Below, piece by piece: positions 1-8,606 of a stretch of DNA of 55,161 nucleotides. The DNA is from Thermoplasmata archaeon. GTDB taxonomy: Archaea > Thermoplasmatota > Thermoplasmata > Lutacidiplasmatales > UBA184. Location of the stretch: assembly GCA_021791335.1 (NCBI GenBank), contig JAJYWS010000005.1, forward strand, positions 1 through 55,161, given 5' to 3'. Below the pieces are notes generated by a model. The model ran no database searches, had not been told where the DNA came from, and saw only the letters and a program-made list of their open reading frames with translations. A program made the translations under genes and the position numbers. Every line of letters starts with the position of its first letter. Positions within the stretch are counted from its first letter, which is position 1.

Positions 1-18
1 GGCCGGACCCGGGCAGGC

Positions 19-31
19 AAAGGTCTTAAGT
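19..31 (+). promoter_or_regulatory. BRE/TATA promoter of ssb (leaderless transcript)
   Basis: AAAGGTCTTAAG AT-rich island in very GC-rich DNA, at typical archaeal spacing to ATG57. Confidence 0.6.
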
Positions 32-56
32 TGCCGTGCGGCCACCCCCCAACGCT

Positions 57-344
57 ATGGGCGACATCGCGAGCATCCGCGCCAACCAGAACGCCACCTT
101 CACCGCCTCGATCACGGCCATCTCGACGCCCCGGGAGGTCACCACCTCGCGCGGCACCTCGTCGGTGGCGGACGCGACGCTTCAGGATGCGACCGGCACG
201 ACGACCCTCACCCTCTGGGGCGATGACATCGCGAAGTACAAGGTCGGCATGAAGATCCAGATCACCGACGGCTGGGTGAAGGACTTCAAGGGCAAGCTCC
301 AGGTCTCGATGGGCCGGTCCGGCAAGATCACGGTCCTTCCGTAG
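57..344 (+). CDS. ssb: Single OB-fold single-stranded DNA-binding protein (crenarchaeal SSB/RPA-like)
   Basis: OB-fold motifs VADATLQDATGTTTLTLWGD and ITDGWVKDFKGKLQVSMGRSG. ATG57 lies ~26 nt after TTAAG (26-30), so it is preferred over the ORF-track GTG36. Confidence 0.85.
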   Translation: MGDIASIRANQNATFTASITAISTPREVTTSRGTSSVADATLQDATGTTTLTLWGDDIAKYKVGMKIQITDGWVKDFKGKLQVSMGRSGKITVLP

Positions 345-350
345 GCTGCC

Positions 351-355
351 TTTTT
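351..355 (+). terminator. Possible oligo-T archaeal terminator after ssb
   Basis: TTTTT 7 nt after the ssb stop codon; T-runs are rare in this window. Confidence 0.4.
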
Positions 356-408
356 CCTCGGCCCCTGCGACCGTCGCCTTGCCCGTCGAAGGGACGGAGC
401 CCCTCCCG

Positions 409-1581
409 TCAGCGTGACGGGGTCTCTTCCCCCGTCGCCCCGAACGCCGGGAGCAGATCCTCCCCCAAGGGGAGGTTCGCCGGCGGGACGTACTCCGACA
501 GCGGGCGCCCATTGATGTGGACCACCCGCCGGGCCACTCCAGCGCAGTAGCCGCAGTCCCGGCAGGAGATGGCCCGGCAGTCGGTGGCCGCGATCCGGCG
601 GAGGAACCCCTTCGGGAACGCCCGGTTGTCGATCGTCATCGACTCGAGCGGGTCGAGGGCAGCCCTCAAGGGCCGCACGATCTCCGGACGGACGCCCTCC
701 TGATCCAGGCGCAGCAGCGCCGCCCGGGGGCCCCGGTTCTGGACGTAGCTCAGGATGTCGAGGAGGTTGCCGGGGTACTGCCGGGCGGTGTACGCCTGGA
801 CGACCCGGCGGAGCCACGCGGTCGTCTGGTTGCGGCCCGAGATCTTGAAGCGGTGGACCCCGATCTCCTCGTAGACCTCCAACTCCTCCGGCCGGACGAA
901 GATCCCGGCGATCATCTGCGCCGGGTCCCGGGCAACCTCGAGTCCGCACTGGAGGAGCGGGAATTCGAACCACGGGGGCGCGGCGGTGTCGGTCTGGGAG
1001 GCCAGGGAACTGGTGTTGAGATGGTGGAACCGGAACGGGCAGTCGTGGATGCAGGTCTGGTTGACCAGCACCTCGACCCGGGCGCCGGCTTCGGCGAGGC
1101 CGCGCAGCAGAGGGAAGTCCCGGTTGGCCTCCTCGATGACCAAGGTATCGGCCCCCCGACGGAGGAAGTACTCCCCCTGGGCCACGGTGCGGATCCGGGC
1201 GAACGTCGAGACGCTGATCCGGGTATAGGGGTACTCCCGGTGGATCCACTCGATGAGGGCCGGGATCGCGACCACGAACCCGTCCACGCCGATCTCGACG
1301 AGCCGGGCGACCTCCGCCTTCAGCCGGGCGAGGAATCCGGGGGAGTACTCCCGGAGGCCGAGATCGGAGGTATTGAAGGTCGCATAGAACTCCCGGCCCC
1401 CGGCATGGACCTCCGCCAGATGGGCCCGGAACTGGGCCTCGGTGATCGGGGGCAGGATGTGCGGCGGTCGCCCCCCGCCGACCAGGGTGCGCGGGAAGTT
1501 CCCGAAGAAGGCGGCGATGGGGAACTCCCGGGTCGAGGCGATCAGCTCGGGATCGAAATTGGAGGCGACGACCAGTTCCAT
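409..1581 (-). CDS. U32 'peptidase' family Fe-S protein (RlhA/TrhP/UbiUV-like hydroxylase superfamily) with C-terminal Cys cluster
   Basis: Starts MELVVASNFD; contains GGGRP, GVDGFVVAIP, ISVSTFARI, NQTCIHDCPFRFHH, LQCG, FVRPEEL, RFKISGR and C-terminal CRAISCRDCGYC. The real start is ATG1581 inside the 409..3294 ORF. Confidence 0.85.
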   Translation of the reverse strand: MELVVASNFDPELIASTREFPIAAFFGNFPRTLVGGGRPPHILPPITEAQFRAHLAEVHAGGREFYATFNTSDLGLREYSPGFLARLKAEVARLVEIGVDGFVVAIPALIEWIHREYPYTRISVSTFARIRTVAQGEYFLRRGADTLVIEEANRDFPLLRGLAEAGARVEVLVNQTCIHDCPFRFHHLNTSSLASQTDTAAPPWFEFPLLQCGLEVARDPAQMIAGIFVRPEELEVYEEIGVHRFKISGRNQTTAWLRRVVQAYTARQYPGNLLDILSYVQNRGPRAALLRLDQEGVRPEIVRPLRAALDPLESMTIDNRAFPKGFLRRIAATDCRAISCRDCGYCAGVARRVVHINGRPLSEYVPPANLPLGEDLLPAFGATGEETPSR

Positions 1582-1667
1582 CGGGTCGGAACCCTGCCGG
1601 CTCGGGTAATGCCGGTCCCTGACCGGTAAGGCTCGCACCCCAAGACGGCGGCGGTCCTGTCGGGACC

Positions 1668-2009
1668 ATGACCGGCGATGCCGCCGCCCGTGAGCCCTCG
1701 GTCGAAAGCTACCGCCGACTGATCGAGCGCTTGGACCGGGCCCTCCTCGAGCTGTACGCGGCCCGGGCCCGGACGGTGACGCGGCTCTGGGAGTACAAGC
1801 GCCGGCACGGGCTTCCCCTGCACGATCCCGGTCAGGAGCGGCGGGTCGTCGCCCGGTCCGCGGAGTGGGCGCGGGAACTCGGCGTGGCGCCGGCGGAGGC
1901 GGAGGCCCTGATCCGTGAGGTGATGGCCCGCTCGGCCCCCCGGCCGGCCACGTCCGCCGAACCGATCGATGAGGCGATCCCGACCGCGCCCCCGCTGGTC
2001 GCCCACTGA
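1668..2009 (+). CDS. Stand-alone AroQ-type chorismate mutase
   Basis: YRRLIERLDRALLELYAARARTV...YKRRHGLPLHDPGQERRVV matches the CM type 2 pattern R..ID..D..L..L...R....K......DP.RE. Confidence 0.8.
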   Translation: MTGDAAAREPSVESYRRLIERLDRALLELYAARARTVTRLWEYKRRHGLPLHDPGQERRVVARSAEWARELGVAPAEAEALIREVMARSAPRPATSAEPIDEAIPTAPPLVAH

Positions 2010-2103
2010 GGGATGGATCCGGCCCGGATGGAAGGCACGACGTGCGGCGCCGGCCCGGCCACGCCCCAAACGGTGATACCCTCAAGCGCTCCTCCCGGAG
2101 CCG

Positions 2104-2853
2104 ATGGCGCGGCGCCGGACCGATCGGGCCCCGGAGCGGCGGCCCCGGTCCCGCTCGGCCCCCGGCGGAGCGAACCCTTCCGGGCTTCTCCAGATGACCG
2201 CCCGGATCGAACCGGACCCCAGTTGGGTGCGGCGGCTCGCCCGCGCCCACGGCCTCACGGTCCGGATGCGGGCCTGCCAGCCGATCCTGCCGGGGGGTCG
2301 CCGGTCGGTCCACCTGCTGGAGCTGAGCGGCGCCCCCGACGAGGTGGACCGGGCCCTGGCCTCGCTGCCCGCCGATCCGGAGGTCCTGCGGGTCACCGAA
2401 GCCCCCCGGGGCCCGTCCGACCCCGCCGTCGTGCGGATCGAAGCGACCACGAACCCACGCTGCCGGATCCTCTTCACGGCCGGGCTCCTGTGCCGGAGCT
2501 GCCGATTCCTGGAGGCCCCCGGCGCCGGGCCCGACTCGTGGGAGGTCATCGGTCCCCGCTCGACCTCGACTCCGGCCGAACGTCAGGCCCGCGAACAGGC
2601 CCTGACGCGCGACGGGGCGGTCCTGCGGAGCCTGCGCTCCTGGACCACCCGTCCCGGGCTCACGCCCCGGCAACGGACGGCCCTGGAGGTCGCCCGCCGG
2701 CTCGGCTACTTCGGGGTGCCGCGCCGTGCCGACCTGGCGGCGGTCGCGAAGGAACTCGGGGTGAGCCGATCCAGCGCGGCCGAGCTCCTCCACCGCGGGG
2801 TCTCCCGGATCCTCGCCGAGGCGTTCGACTCGGCCCCGCCGCTCCACCGCTGA
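2104..2853 (+). CDS. Bat/HTH-10 family transcriptional regulator with Cys-containing N-terminal sensor region
   Basis: C-terminal LTPRQRTALEVARRLGYFGVPRRADLAAVAKELGVSRSSAAELLHRG; upstream CRILFTAGLLCRSC. Start uncertain (2104 or 2194). Confidence 0.85.
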   Translation: MARRRTDRAPERRPRSRSAPGGANPSGLLQMTARIEPDPSWVRRLARAHGLTVRMRACQPILPGGRRSVHLLELSGAPDEVDRALASLPADPEVLRVTEAPRGPSDPAVVRIEATTNPRCRILFTAGLLCRSCRFLEAPGAGPDSWEVIGPRSTSTPAERQAREQALTRDGAVLRSLRSWTTRPGLTPRQRTALEVARRLGYFGVPRRADLAAVAKELGVSRSSAAELLHRGVSRILAEAFDSAPPLHR

Positions 2854-2881
2854 GGGTCGCCGGACCCGGGAGCGGTCCCGG

Positions 2882-4021
2882 ATGATCCACGGACGCCAGC
2901 CCCGGCTGGTCTTCTGGGAGACGACCCGAAGCTGTCCGCTCCGCTGCCGCCACTGCCGGGCCGGCGCCCGGGCGGCCCCGGCCCCCGGGGAGCTCTCGAC
3001 CGCCGAGGGGTTCGCGGTACTGGAGTCGATCGCCCGGTGGGAGGTCCCGCGGCCGGTCCTGGTCTTGACCGGTGGGGATCTCCTCGCCCGGCCGGACCAC
3101 CCGGAGCTCGTCGCCCGGGCCCGCTCGCTCGGGCTCAGCGTCGCCGTGGCCCCCGCCGTCTCCGACCGTCTCACCCCGAAGCTGATCGGTCGGTGGGCCG
3201 ACCTCGGGGTCTCGGCGCTCTCCTTCAGCCTCGACGGGGCCACCCCCGGCTCCCACGATGCGCATCGGGGCGTGCCGGGGACCTTCCGGGCCACCTTTCA
3301 GGCGATCGCCGAGGCCCAGGCCGCGGGGCTGCGCGTCCAGGTCAACACGACCGTGCTGCCGGATCGGCGGGAGGAGTTGGGCGCCCTCTGCGCCCTCCTG
3401 AAGCTCCACCGGGTGCCGGTCTGGGAGCTCTTCTTCCTGGTCCGGACGGGCCGGGCCGCGACCCTCCCCGAGATCTCCCCCGCGGAGTACGGCGCGGTCG
3501 CCCACCTGCTCTACGATGCCTCGCGCTACGGCCTCCTCGTCCGCGCGGTCGAGGGTCCGTGGCTCCGGCGGGTCCATCACGAGCGGGAGGCCGGCGCCGC
3601 CCCGCCCCGCGATGGGGGCTACCCGGTGATGGCCGCTCGGCTGCGCCGACGCCTGGGGCCGCCGACCCACCCCTCCTCGATCGCTCCGGTCGGCACCCTC
3701 GATGGCGACGGGATCGTCTTCGTCGGCCATGACGGCACGATCACCCCGGGCGGTCTCCTGGACCTTCCCATCGGCTCCGTACGCACGGACGATCTGCGGG
3801 CCGTCTACCAAGGGCACCCCCTCGTGCAGGCGATCCGGGCGCGCCGGTTCTCGGGAGCGTGCGGCCGGTGCCCGGCCCGTAGCTACTGCGGCGGCAGCCG
3901 GGCCCGGGCCTGGGCGGAGACCGGCGATCCCTTGGGCAGCGATCCGGCCTGCCCCTGGGCCCCTGAGCTCGGGCCGGCTCCGCCCGGGGTCGCTGCGGCC
4001 GGGGAGGTCCCGCCGGGATGA
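2882..4021 (+). CDS. Radical SAM/SPASM protein, AhbC/AhbD/NirJ-like (TIGR04053-like)
   Basis: PRLVFWETTRSCPLRCRHCRA (CxxxCxxC), LTGGD, SLDGA, HDAHRGVPGTF, FFLVRTGRA and SPASM-type CGRCPARSYCGGSRARA...DPAC. Confidence 0.85.
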   Translation: MIHGRQPRLVFWETTRSCPLRCRHCRAGARAAPAPGELSTAEGFAVLESIARWEVPRPVLVLTGGDLLARPDHPELVARARSLGLSVAVAPAVSDRLTPKLIGRWADLGVSALSFSLDGATPGSHDAHRGVPGTFRATFQAIAEAQAAGLRVQVNTTVLPDRREELGALCALLKLHRVPVWELFFLVRTGRAATLPEISPAEYGAVAHLLYDASRYGLLVRAVEGPWLRRVHHEREAGAAPPRDGGYPVMAARLRRRLGPPTHPSSIAPVGTLDGDGIVFVGHDGTITPGGLLDLPIGSVRTDDLRAVYQGHPLVQAIRARRFSGACGRCPARSYCGGSRARAWAETGDPLGSDPACPWAPELGPAPPGVAAAGEVPPG

Positions 4022-4506
4022 ACGGCCTGGAGATCGCGGTGCTCTACGTGCACCTCTTCGCGGCCGTCCTCTTCGTCGGGGGCTCGTTCTTCTTCTGGCT
4101 GATCCTCGAGCCGGTCACCTACACCCTCACCCGGGACGAATCGGAGCGGACGGCCCTGGTCGCCCGGGTCGCCCGGCGGTTCGGCCAGTTCACGAACCCG
4201 CTCCTGATCCTCCTCGTGGCGACCGGGATCTACAACGCGACGTGGTACCTTCCGTCCCTCTCGGCGCTCACCATGACGCCCGGGGGGGAACTCCTCCTCA
4301 CCAAGGGGCTCGTCGTGGCCGTGCTGATCGCGCTGATCTACCTTCACGGCGCCTACTACGGGCCGAAGATCGTCCGGCTCGCCCGGGAACGCCGCTACGA
4401 CGAGCTCCGGGCGCTGCGGCGGCGGAGCCGAGCGGTATCGATGATCAACCTCGCCCTCATGCTGGCCGTCCTCCTGCTGGCGGTCCTGCTCCAGTCGTAT
4501 CCGTGA
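4018..4506 (+). CDS. Four-TM CopD/HemJ-like membrane protein
   Basis: YVHLFAAVLFVGGSFF, LLLTKGLVV and IYLHG; His residues in TM helices; ATGA overlap with the radical SAM gene. Confidence 0.65.
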   Translation: MNGLEIAVLYVHLFAAVLFVGGSFFFWLILEPVTYTLTRDESERTALVARVARRFGQFTNPLLILLVATGIYNATWYLPSLSALTMTPGGELLLTKGLVVAVLIALIYLHGAYYGPKIVRLARERRYDELRALRRRSRAVSMINLALMLAVLLLAVLLQSYP

Positions 4507-4520
4507 GGCACCGGGATCGG

Positions 4521-5519
4521 ATGCGGCCGGCCGACGATCGTCCGGGGATCCTCCTCGTGGCGCTGGGCGCGCCCGACACGCTCGACGAGGTTCCGGAGTT
4601 CCTCTCGGCGATCCGGGGGGGCCGGCCGACGCCGCCCGCCCTCGTCGGGGAGTTTGTCGAACGGTACCGGGAGATCGGCGGCGGCTCGCCCCTCAACCGG
4701 ATCGGCCGGACCGTGGCCCGCCGGCTGGAGGCGCGGATGGAGCTCGGGGGGCGGTCGGTCGTCTGCCGGTACGGGACCCTCCACGGCGCCTCGTCCGTGG
4801 AGCAGGGGTATGACGATCTCCTCGGGGCCGGCGCGACCCGCGTCGTCGTCCTCCCCTGGACGCCGTTCTACACCCCCTGGGGCGTCGGCCGGTACCTCGC
4901 GCGGGTCCGGGCGCTCCGACGCCGCCGGTCGGATCTTCGGCCGGTGGGCTACTTCACCGGCTGGCACTCCGCGCCCGGCCTCGCCCGGGCCTGGGCCCGG
5001 CGGATCGCGGCGGCCTCCGACAGCCTGGCCGACCGCTACGGTGAGCCGCCGACCCTGCTCTTCTCGGCCCACAGCCTGCCCGACCGCCCTGACGATCCGC
5101 CCCGGCCGTACACGAACCAGATCGATGCGCTGCGGGCCGGGATCGAGCAGGCGCTAGCCCCGCACCGGGCGATGCTGGCCTACCAGAGCGTCGGTCGGGC
5201 CGAGGGCCCCTGGTTGGGGCCCGCCGTGGAAGCGGAGGCGGATCGGCTGCTTCGATCGACCACCGCGCCGGTGCTGCTCGCCCCGATCGGGTTCCTGGCC
5301 GACAACCTGGAGATCCTCTACGATCTCGACCGGGCCCTCCGGCGCCGCGTCGGCGAGCGGGCCGAACGGCTATACCGGGTGCCGTCCTTCAACGCCGACG
5401 ACGACCTGGTCGCGACCCTGATGGAGGTCCTCGGGCCGGTGATCCCTGCCCTCCGGGGCCCGACGGGGTCCGCCGCCGCGGGCCGGCCGCAACCGGGGGC
5501 CGGCGCCGACCGGTGGTGA
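4521..5519 (+). CDS. hemH: Ferrochelatase (HemH/CpfC family)
   Basis: GILLVALGAP, RYREIGGGSPL, LLFSAHSLP (catalytic His), AYQS..GPWLGP and PIGFLADNLEILYDLD (catalytic Glu). Start is ATG4521 or coupled GTG4503. Confidence 0.9.
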   Translation: MRPADDRPGILLVALGAPDTLDEVPEFLSAIRGGRPTPPALVGEFVERYREIGGGSPLNRIGRTVARRLEARMELGGRSVVCRYGTLHGASSVEQGYDDLLGAGATRVVVLPWTPFYTPWGVGRYLARVRALRRRRSDLRPVGYFTGWHSAPGLARAWARRIAAASDSLADRYGEPPTLLFSAHSLPDRPDDPPRPYTNQIDALRAGIEQALAPHRAMLAYQSVGRAEGPWLGPAVEAEADRLLRSTTAPVLLAPIGFLADNLEILYDLDRALRRRVGERAERLYRVPSFNADDDLVATLMEVLGPVIPALRGPTGSAAAGRPQPGAGADRW

Positions 5520-5571
5520 ACCGTGGGCGCGGGCGGTCGCCCGGTGGTCCGACCCGGGCGTGAGGGCGGCC

Positions 5572-5925
5572 TCACCCCGGGTCCGGTCCGGTTGGGTCGG
5601 GAAGCGGCTCGACGATCAGCCGGAGCTCCCGAACGTCCACCTCGGCCGGTGCCCAGGGCCGTCGGTACCGGAAGCGGATCGTAAAATGCCCGGCCCGGTC
5701 CGCCTCGAACCGGAACCGTTGGGTGCCGCCCCGTCCCGGACGGACCGGGAGCTCGGGATCGTAGCGGTCGGCCCGCAGGTCGATCCCCTCCGGAAGCGGG
5801 TCCAACTCCCAACGGAACCCGGTCGACGGGCGGGCGGGCCAGCCCACGTCGATCGGCTCCCCCACCCGGGCCCTTCGGACGACCGGGAGGCCTTCGGAGC
5901 CGCCCCCCTCCGGGGGATCGTTCAT
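5572..5925 (-). CDS. Chagasin-like (I42) cysteine-protease inhibitor domain protein
   Basis: RPSTGFRW (cf. NPTTGY.W), GRGG.QRFRFEA and FRYRRPW motifs; ATG overlaps the purT stop (ATGA). Confidence 0.75.
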   Translation of the reverse strand: MNDPPEGGGSEGLPVVRRARVGEPIDVGWPARPSTGFRWELDPLPEGIDLRADRYDPELPVRPGRGGTQRFRFEADRAGHFTIRFRYRRPWAPAEVDVRELRLIVEPLPDPTGPDPG

Positions 5926-7172
5926 CGGGGGCGGGGCGGCACCGGCGGGTAGGCGATCTTCGCCTCGACGGCGTGGGCGGCCGCGGCGGCCTTCCGACGG
6001 GCCTCCGGCAGGGTGGCTCCCCGGGCGACCGCGACGCCCAGCCGCCGGTCCGGGTACGCCTCGGGCTTTCCGAACAGGTAGAGCCGGACCCCCGGCTCCG
6101 TGAGGGCCTCGGAGAGCCCGCCGAGTTCGGGCGCCGGAGCCGAACGGTCGGCCAGGATGACGTGCGCCGCCGCCGGTGTGGTCGGTTCCGGTCCTCGGTA
6201 GGGGAGCCCGAGGATCGCCCGGGCGTGGAGGGCGAATTCGCTGTTCCACTGGCTGCCGAGCGTGACGAGGCCGGTGTCGTGGGGCCTCGGCGAGACCTCG
6301 CTGAAGTAGACCCGGTCCCCGGCGACGAAGCACTCGACGCCGAAGAGGCCGAACCCGCCCAGGCTGTCGGTGATCCGCCGGGCCACCCGGTCGAGCTCCG
6401 CCTCGACGGGCGCGGGAAACCGTTCGGGCTGCCAGCTCTCGTGGTAGAGGGTCCCCGGCCGGGCGTGGGCGATCGGCGCCAGGACCGTGGTCTCCCGTCG
6501 GCCCCCGGGCGCGTAGTGCCGGAGGGTCAGCATCGTGACTTCCCGGTCGAACCGGAGGAACTCCTCGACCATGACCCGGGGGTCGGGGACCCGGCCGTGC
6601 TCGCTCGCCTCGATGTAGGCGCGGTCGACCTGCTCCGGCCGGTCGACCCGGGTCATGCCGTGACCCGAGCTCGACATCATCGACTTGAAGAGGCAGGGAA
6701 AGCCGATCGCCCGGGCGGCGGCCCGCGCCTCGTCGAGGGAGGCGGCGACCTGGAACCGGCTGGTCGGCACCCGGGCGAGGTCGACGGCCCGGCGGCGGAG
6801 CCGTTCCCGGTCCATCGTGAGCCGGGTCGCCTCGGCGTTCGGGATCACCGTCCAGCCGTCCGATTCGAGCCTCAGCAGCTCCTCGGTGGCCACCTGCTCG
6901 ATCTCGGGCACGATGAGCTCCGGCGCCTCCCGCTCGACGACCGCCCGGAGCTCGGCCGGGTCGGTCATGGGGATCACGTGGTGCCGGTGGGCGACCTGCA
7001 TCGCGGGGGCATTCGGGTAGCGGTCGACCGCGATCACCTCGGCGCCGAGCCGCATCGCCTCCAGCGCGATCTCCCGGCCCAGCTCCCCGCTGCCGAGGAG
7101 CAGGAGCCGGGGGGCGGTCCCGACCACCGGGCTCCCGATCCGGTCCCGGTAGGCCACATTGGGGTCCGGCAT
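5922..7172 (-). CDS. purT: Formate-dependent phosphoribosylglycinamide formyltransferase
   Basis: LLLGSGELGRE, DRYPNAPAMQVAH, PEIE, MSSSGHG, FSEVSPRPHDTGLVT, SEFALHARAILGLP and LFGKP..RRLGVA. TATA-like GTTATT (minus strand, 7199-7204) ~27 nt upstream of ATG7172. Confidence 0.95.
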   Translation of the reverse strand: MPDPNVAYRDRIGSPVVGTAPRLLLLGSGELGREIALEAMRLGAEVIAVDRYPNAPAMQVAHRHHVIPMTDPAELRAVVEREAPELIVPEIEQVATEELLRLESDGWTVIPNAEATRLTMDRERLRRRAVDLARVPTSRFQVAASLDEARAAARAIGFPCLFKSMMSSSGHGMTRVDRPEQVDRAYIEASEHGRVPDPRVMVEEFLRFDREVTMLTLRHYAPGGRRETTVLAPIAHARPGTLYHESWQPERFPAPVEAELDRVARRITDSLGGFGLFGVECFVAGDRVYFSEVSPRPHDTGLVTLGSQWNSEFALHARAILGLPYRGPEPTTPAAAHVILADRSAPAPELGGLSEALTEPGVRLYLFGKPEAYPDRRLGVAVARGATLPEARRKAAAAAHAVEAKIAYPPVPPRPR

Positions 7173-7219
7173 CGGGCCGGGCCCAGGGCCGGGGGGAGAA
7201 TAACGGGAGCGCCCGCCGT

Positions 7220-7906
7220 TCACCGCGGGGCGTAGAGCCGGGCGACGGCGGTCCGGACGTCGGCGTCGACCGCGTCGGGGTCCCGGTCGGCGTTGACCCG
7301 GACGAAGCCGTACTCCTTCGCCATCCAGTCGAACTCGGTCTGGAGCAGCCGCTGGAAGGCGAAGAAGCTCTCGAACCGGTCCCGGGAGATCGAAAGATCC
7401 ATCCCGGACTCCCAGTAGTCGAGCGATCCGTACCGGGCGATCGCCCGATGGAGGAGGATCTCGGGCCGGGCGTCGAGGAAGACGGTGAGGTGGGGGACCA
7501 GGGCGAACGAGTAGAGCTTGCGGGCCCACTCCCGGGTCGCGCCCCGGACCACCGCCCGGGCCATCAGGGTGTAGATGTACCGGTCGGCGAGCACGGCGCT
7601 CCCGGCCACCAGCGAGGGGAGGATCTTGTTCTCGAGCTGGTCGGCGAAGTCGGCGGCGTAGAGGATCGACATCGTCGTCGGGCTCAGGGTGTGGCCCTGC
7701 TTCGCCCGGTCGATCTCCGCACCGACCAGGCGGGAGCGCCGCAGGCCGGTGTCGACCACCGGATGCCCCTCGATCTCGAGCCACTCCTTGAGCCGGGCGA
7801 CCTCGGTCGTCCGGCCCGAGCCGTCGGCCCCCTCGATGACGATGAGCCGCCCCTGGATCGGGCCGTCGGTGGCCCGGGGAAGCCGGGTGCCGTAGGTCTC
7901 AGCCAT
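7220..7906 (-). CDS. Thymidylate-kinase-like protein 2 (variant P-loop); putative non-catalytic/regulatory subunit of a PPK3-type polyphosphate kinase
   Basis: EGADGSGRTT (Walker A Lys replaced by Arg), ADFADQLE, DRY and YWESGMDL; third gene of the ppx-tmk-tmk operon. Confidence 0.75.
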   Translation of the reverse strand: MAETYGTRLPRATDGPIQGRLIVIEGADGSGRTTEVARLKEWLEIEGHPVVDTGLRRSRLVGAEIDRAKQGHTLSPTTMSILYAADFADQLENKILPSLVAGSAVLADRYIYTLMARAVVRGATREWARKLYSFALVPHLTVFLDARPEILLHRAIARYGSLDYWESGMDLSISRDRFESFFAFQRLLQTEFDWMAKEYGFVRVNADRDPDAVDADVRTAVARLYAPR

Positions 7907-8606
7907 GGACGAGCGCCTCCGCGGTGGGGAAGTCGACGAGGAGCGGTCGGACCTCCTGACGGACCGACGCGACGACCTCCTCGACGCTCCGGTCGGCCCG
8001 GATCGTCACGAAGCCGTCCCGGGGCGCGAGCCGGTCGTACTCCCGCTTGAGCCGGGTCTGGAAGAGCCGGAAGCTCTCGAGCAGGCTCTCCGAGAGCCCC
8101 AGGTCCATGCCGGCCTCCCAGGTGTTGATCTTTTCGCGCGCGGCGAGCTTCCTCGCGATCGAGGTCGCGACGGGGACCCGGAAGTAGAGCACCCGGTCCG
8201 GCCGCGGGGCGAAGGCGTAGAGGTTGCGGACCCACCGGGGATCGCAGCCCCGGGCGGCGTCCCGGGCGAAGGCGGTGTAGGCGTAGCGGTCGCAGACGAC
8301 CAGATAGCCGGCCCGGAGCGGCGGGGCGATGTGCCGCTCGAAGCGGTCGGCGAAGTCGGCCGCATGGAGCAGCGAGAAGGTCGTCGCCGTCAGCAGGTTC
8401 TGCTTCTTGCCCCGCCGGATCGCGTCGGAGACCAGTTCCGACGAGTTCCACTCGGTGAAGAAGACCCGGTAGCCGAGCGCGCCGAGCCACTTGACCAGGA
8501 GCCGGGCCTGCGTCGACTTCCCGCTCCCGTCGAGCCCTTCGAAGGCGATGATCCGGCCCGGGTACCCGTGGCCCCCCGGCGGAGGCGTCCGACGGTCAGC
8601 GGGCAT
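7899..8606 (-). CDS. Thymidylate-kinase-like protein 1 (intact P-loop); putative catalytic subunit of a PPK3-type polyphosphate kinase
   Basis: EGLDGSGKST, FFTEWNSS, HAADFADR, CDRY and WEAGMDL; overlaps both ppx and tmk-like 2. Confidence 0.8.
   Translation of the reverse strand: MPADRRTPPPGGHGYPGRIIAFEGLDGSGKSTQARLLVKWLGALGYRVFFTEWNSSELVSDAIRRGKKQNLLTATTFSLLHAADFADRFERHIAPPLRAGYLVVCDRYAYTAFARDAARGCDPRWVRNLYAFAPRPDRVLYFRVPVATSIARKLAAREKINTWEAGMDLGLSESLLESFRLFQTRLKREYDRLAPRDGFVTIRADRSVEEVVASVRQEVRPLLVDFPTAEALVHG

Noticed and set aside
1582..3294. Apparent 570-aa N-terminal extension of the U32 protein (ORF 409..3294)
   Set aside because: It is low-complexity shadow translation overlapping three real plus-strand genes; the U32 domain starts at ATG1581. 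The same applies to the extended ORFs for hemH, purT, argH, DUF1028 and the glycoside hydrolase.
7220..8606. Simple tandem duplication of dTMP kinase, or pseudogenisation of the second copy
   Set aside because: Both ORFs are intact, strongly diverged and coupled to ppx, which fits a heteromeric polyP kinase better.
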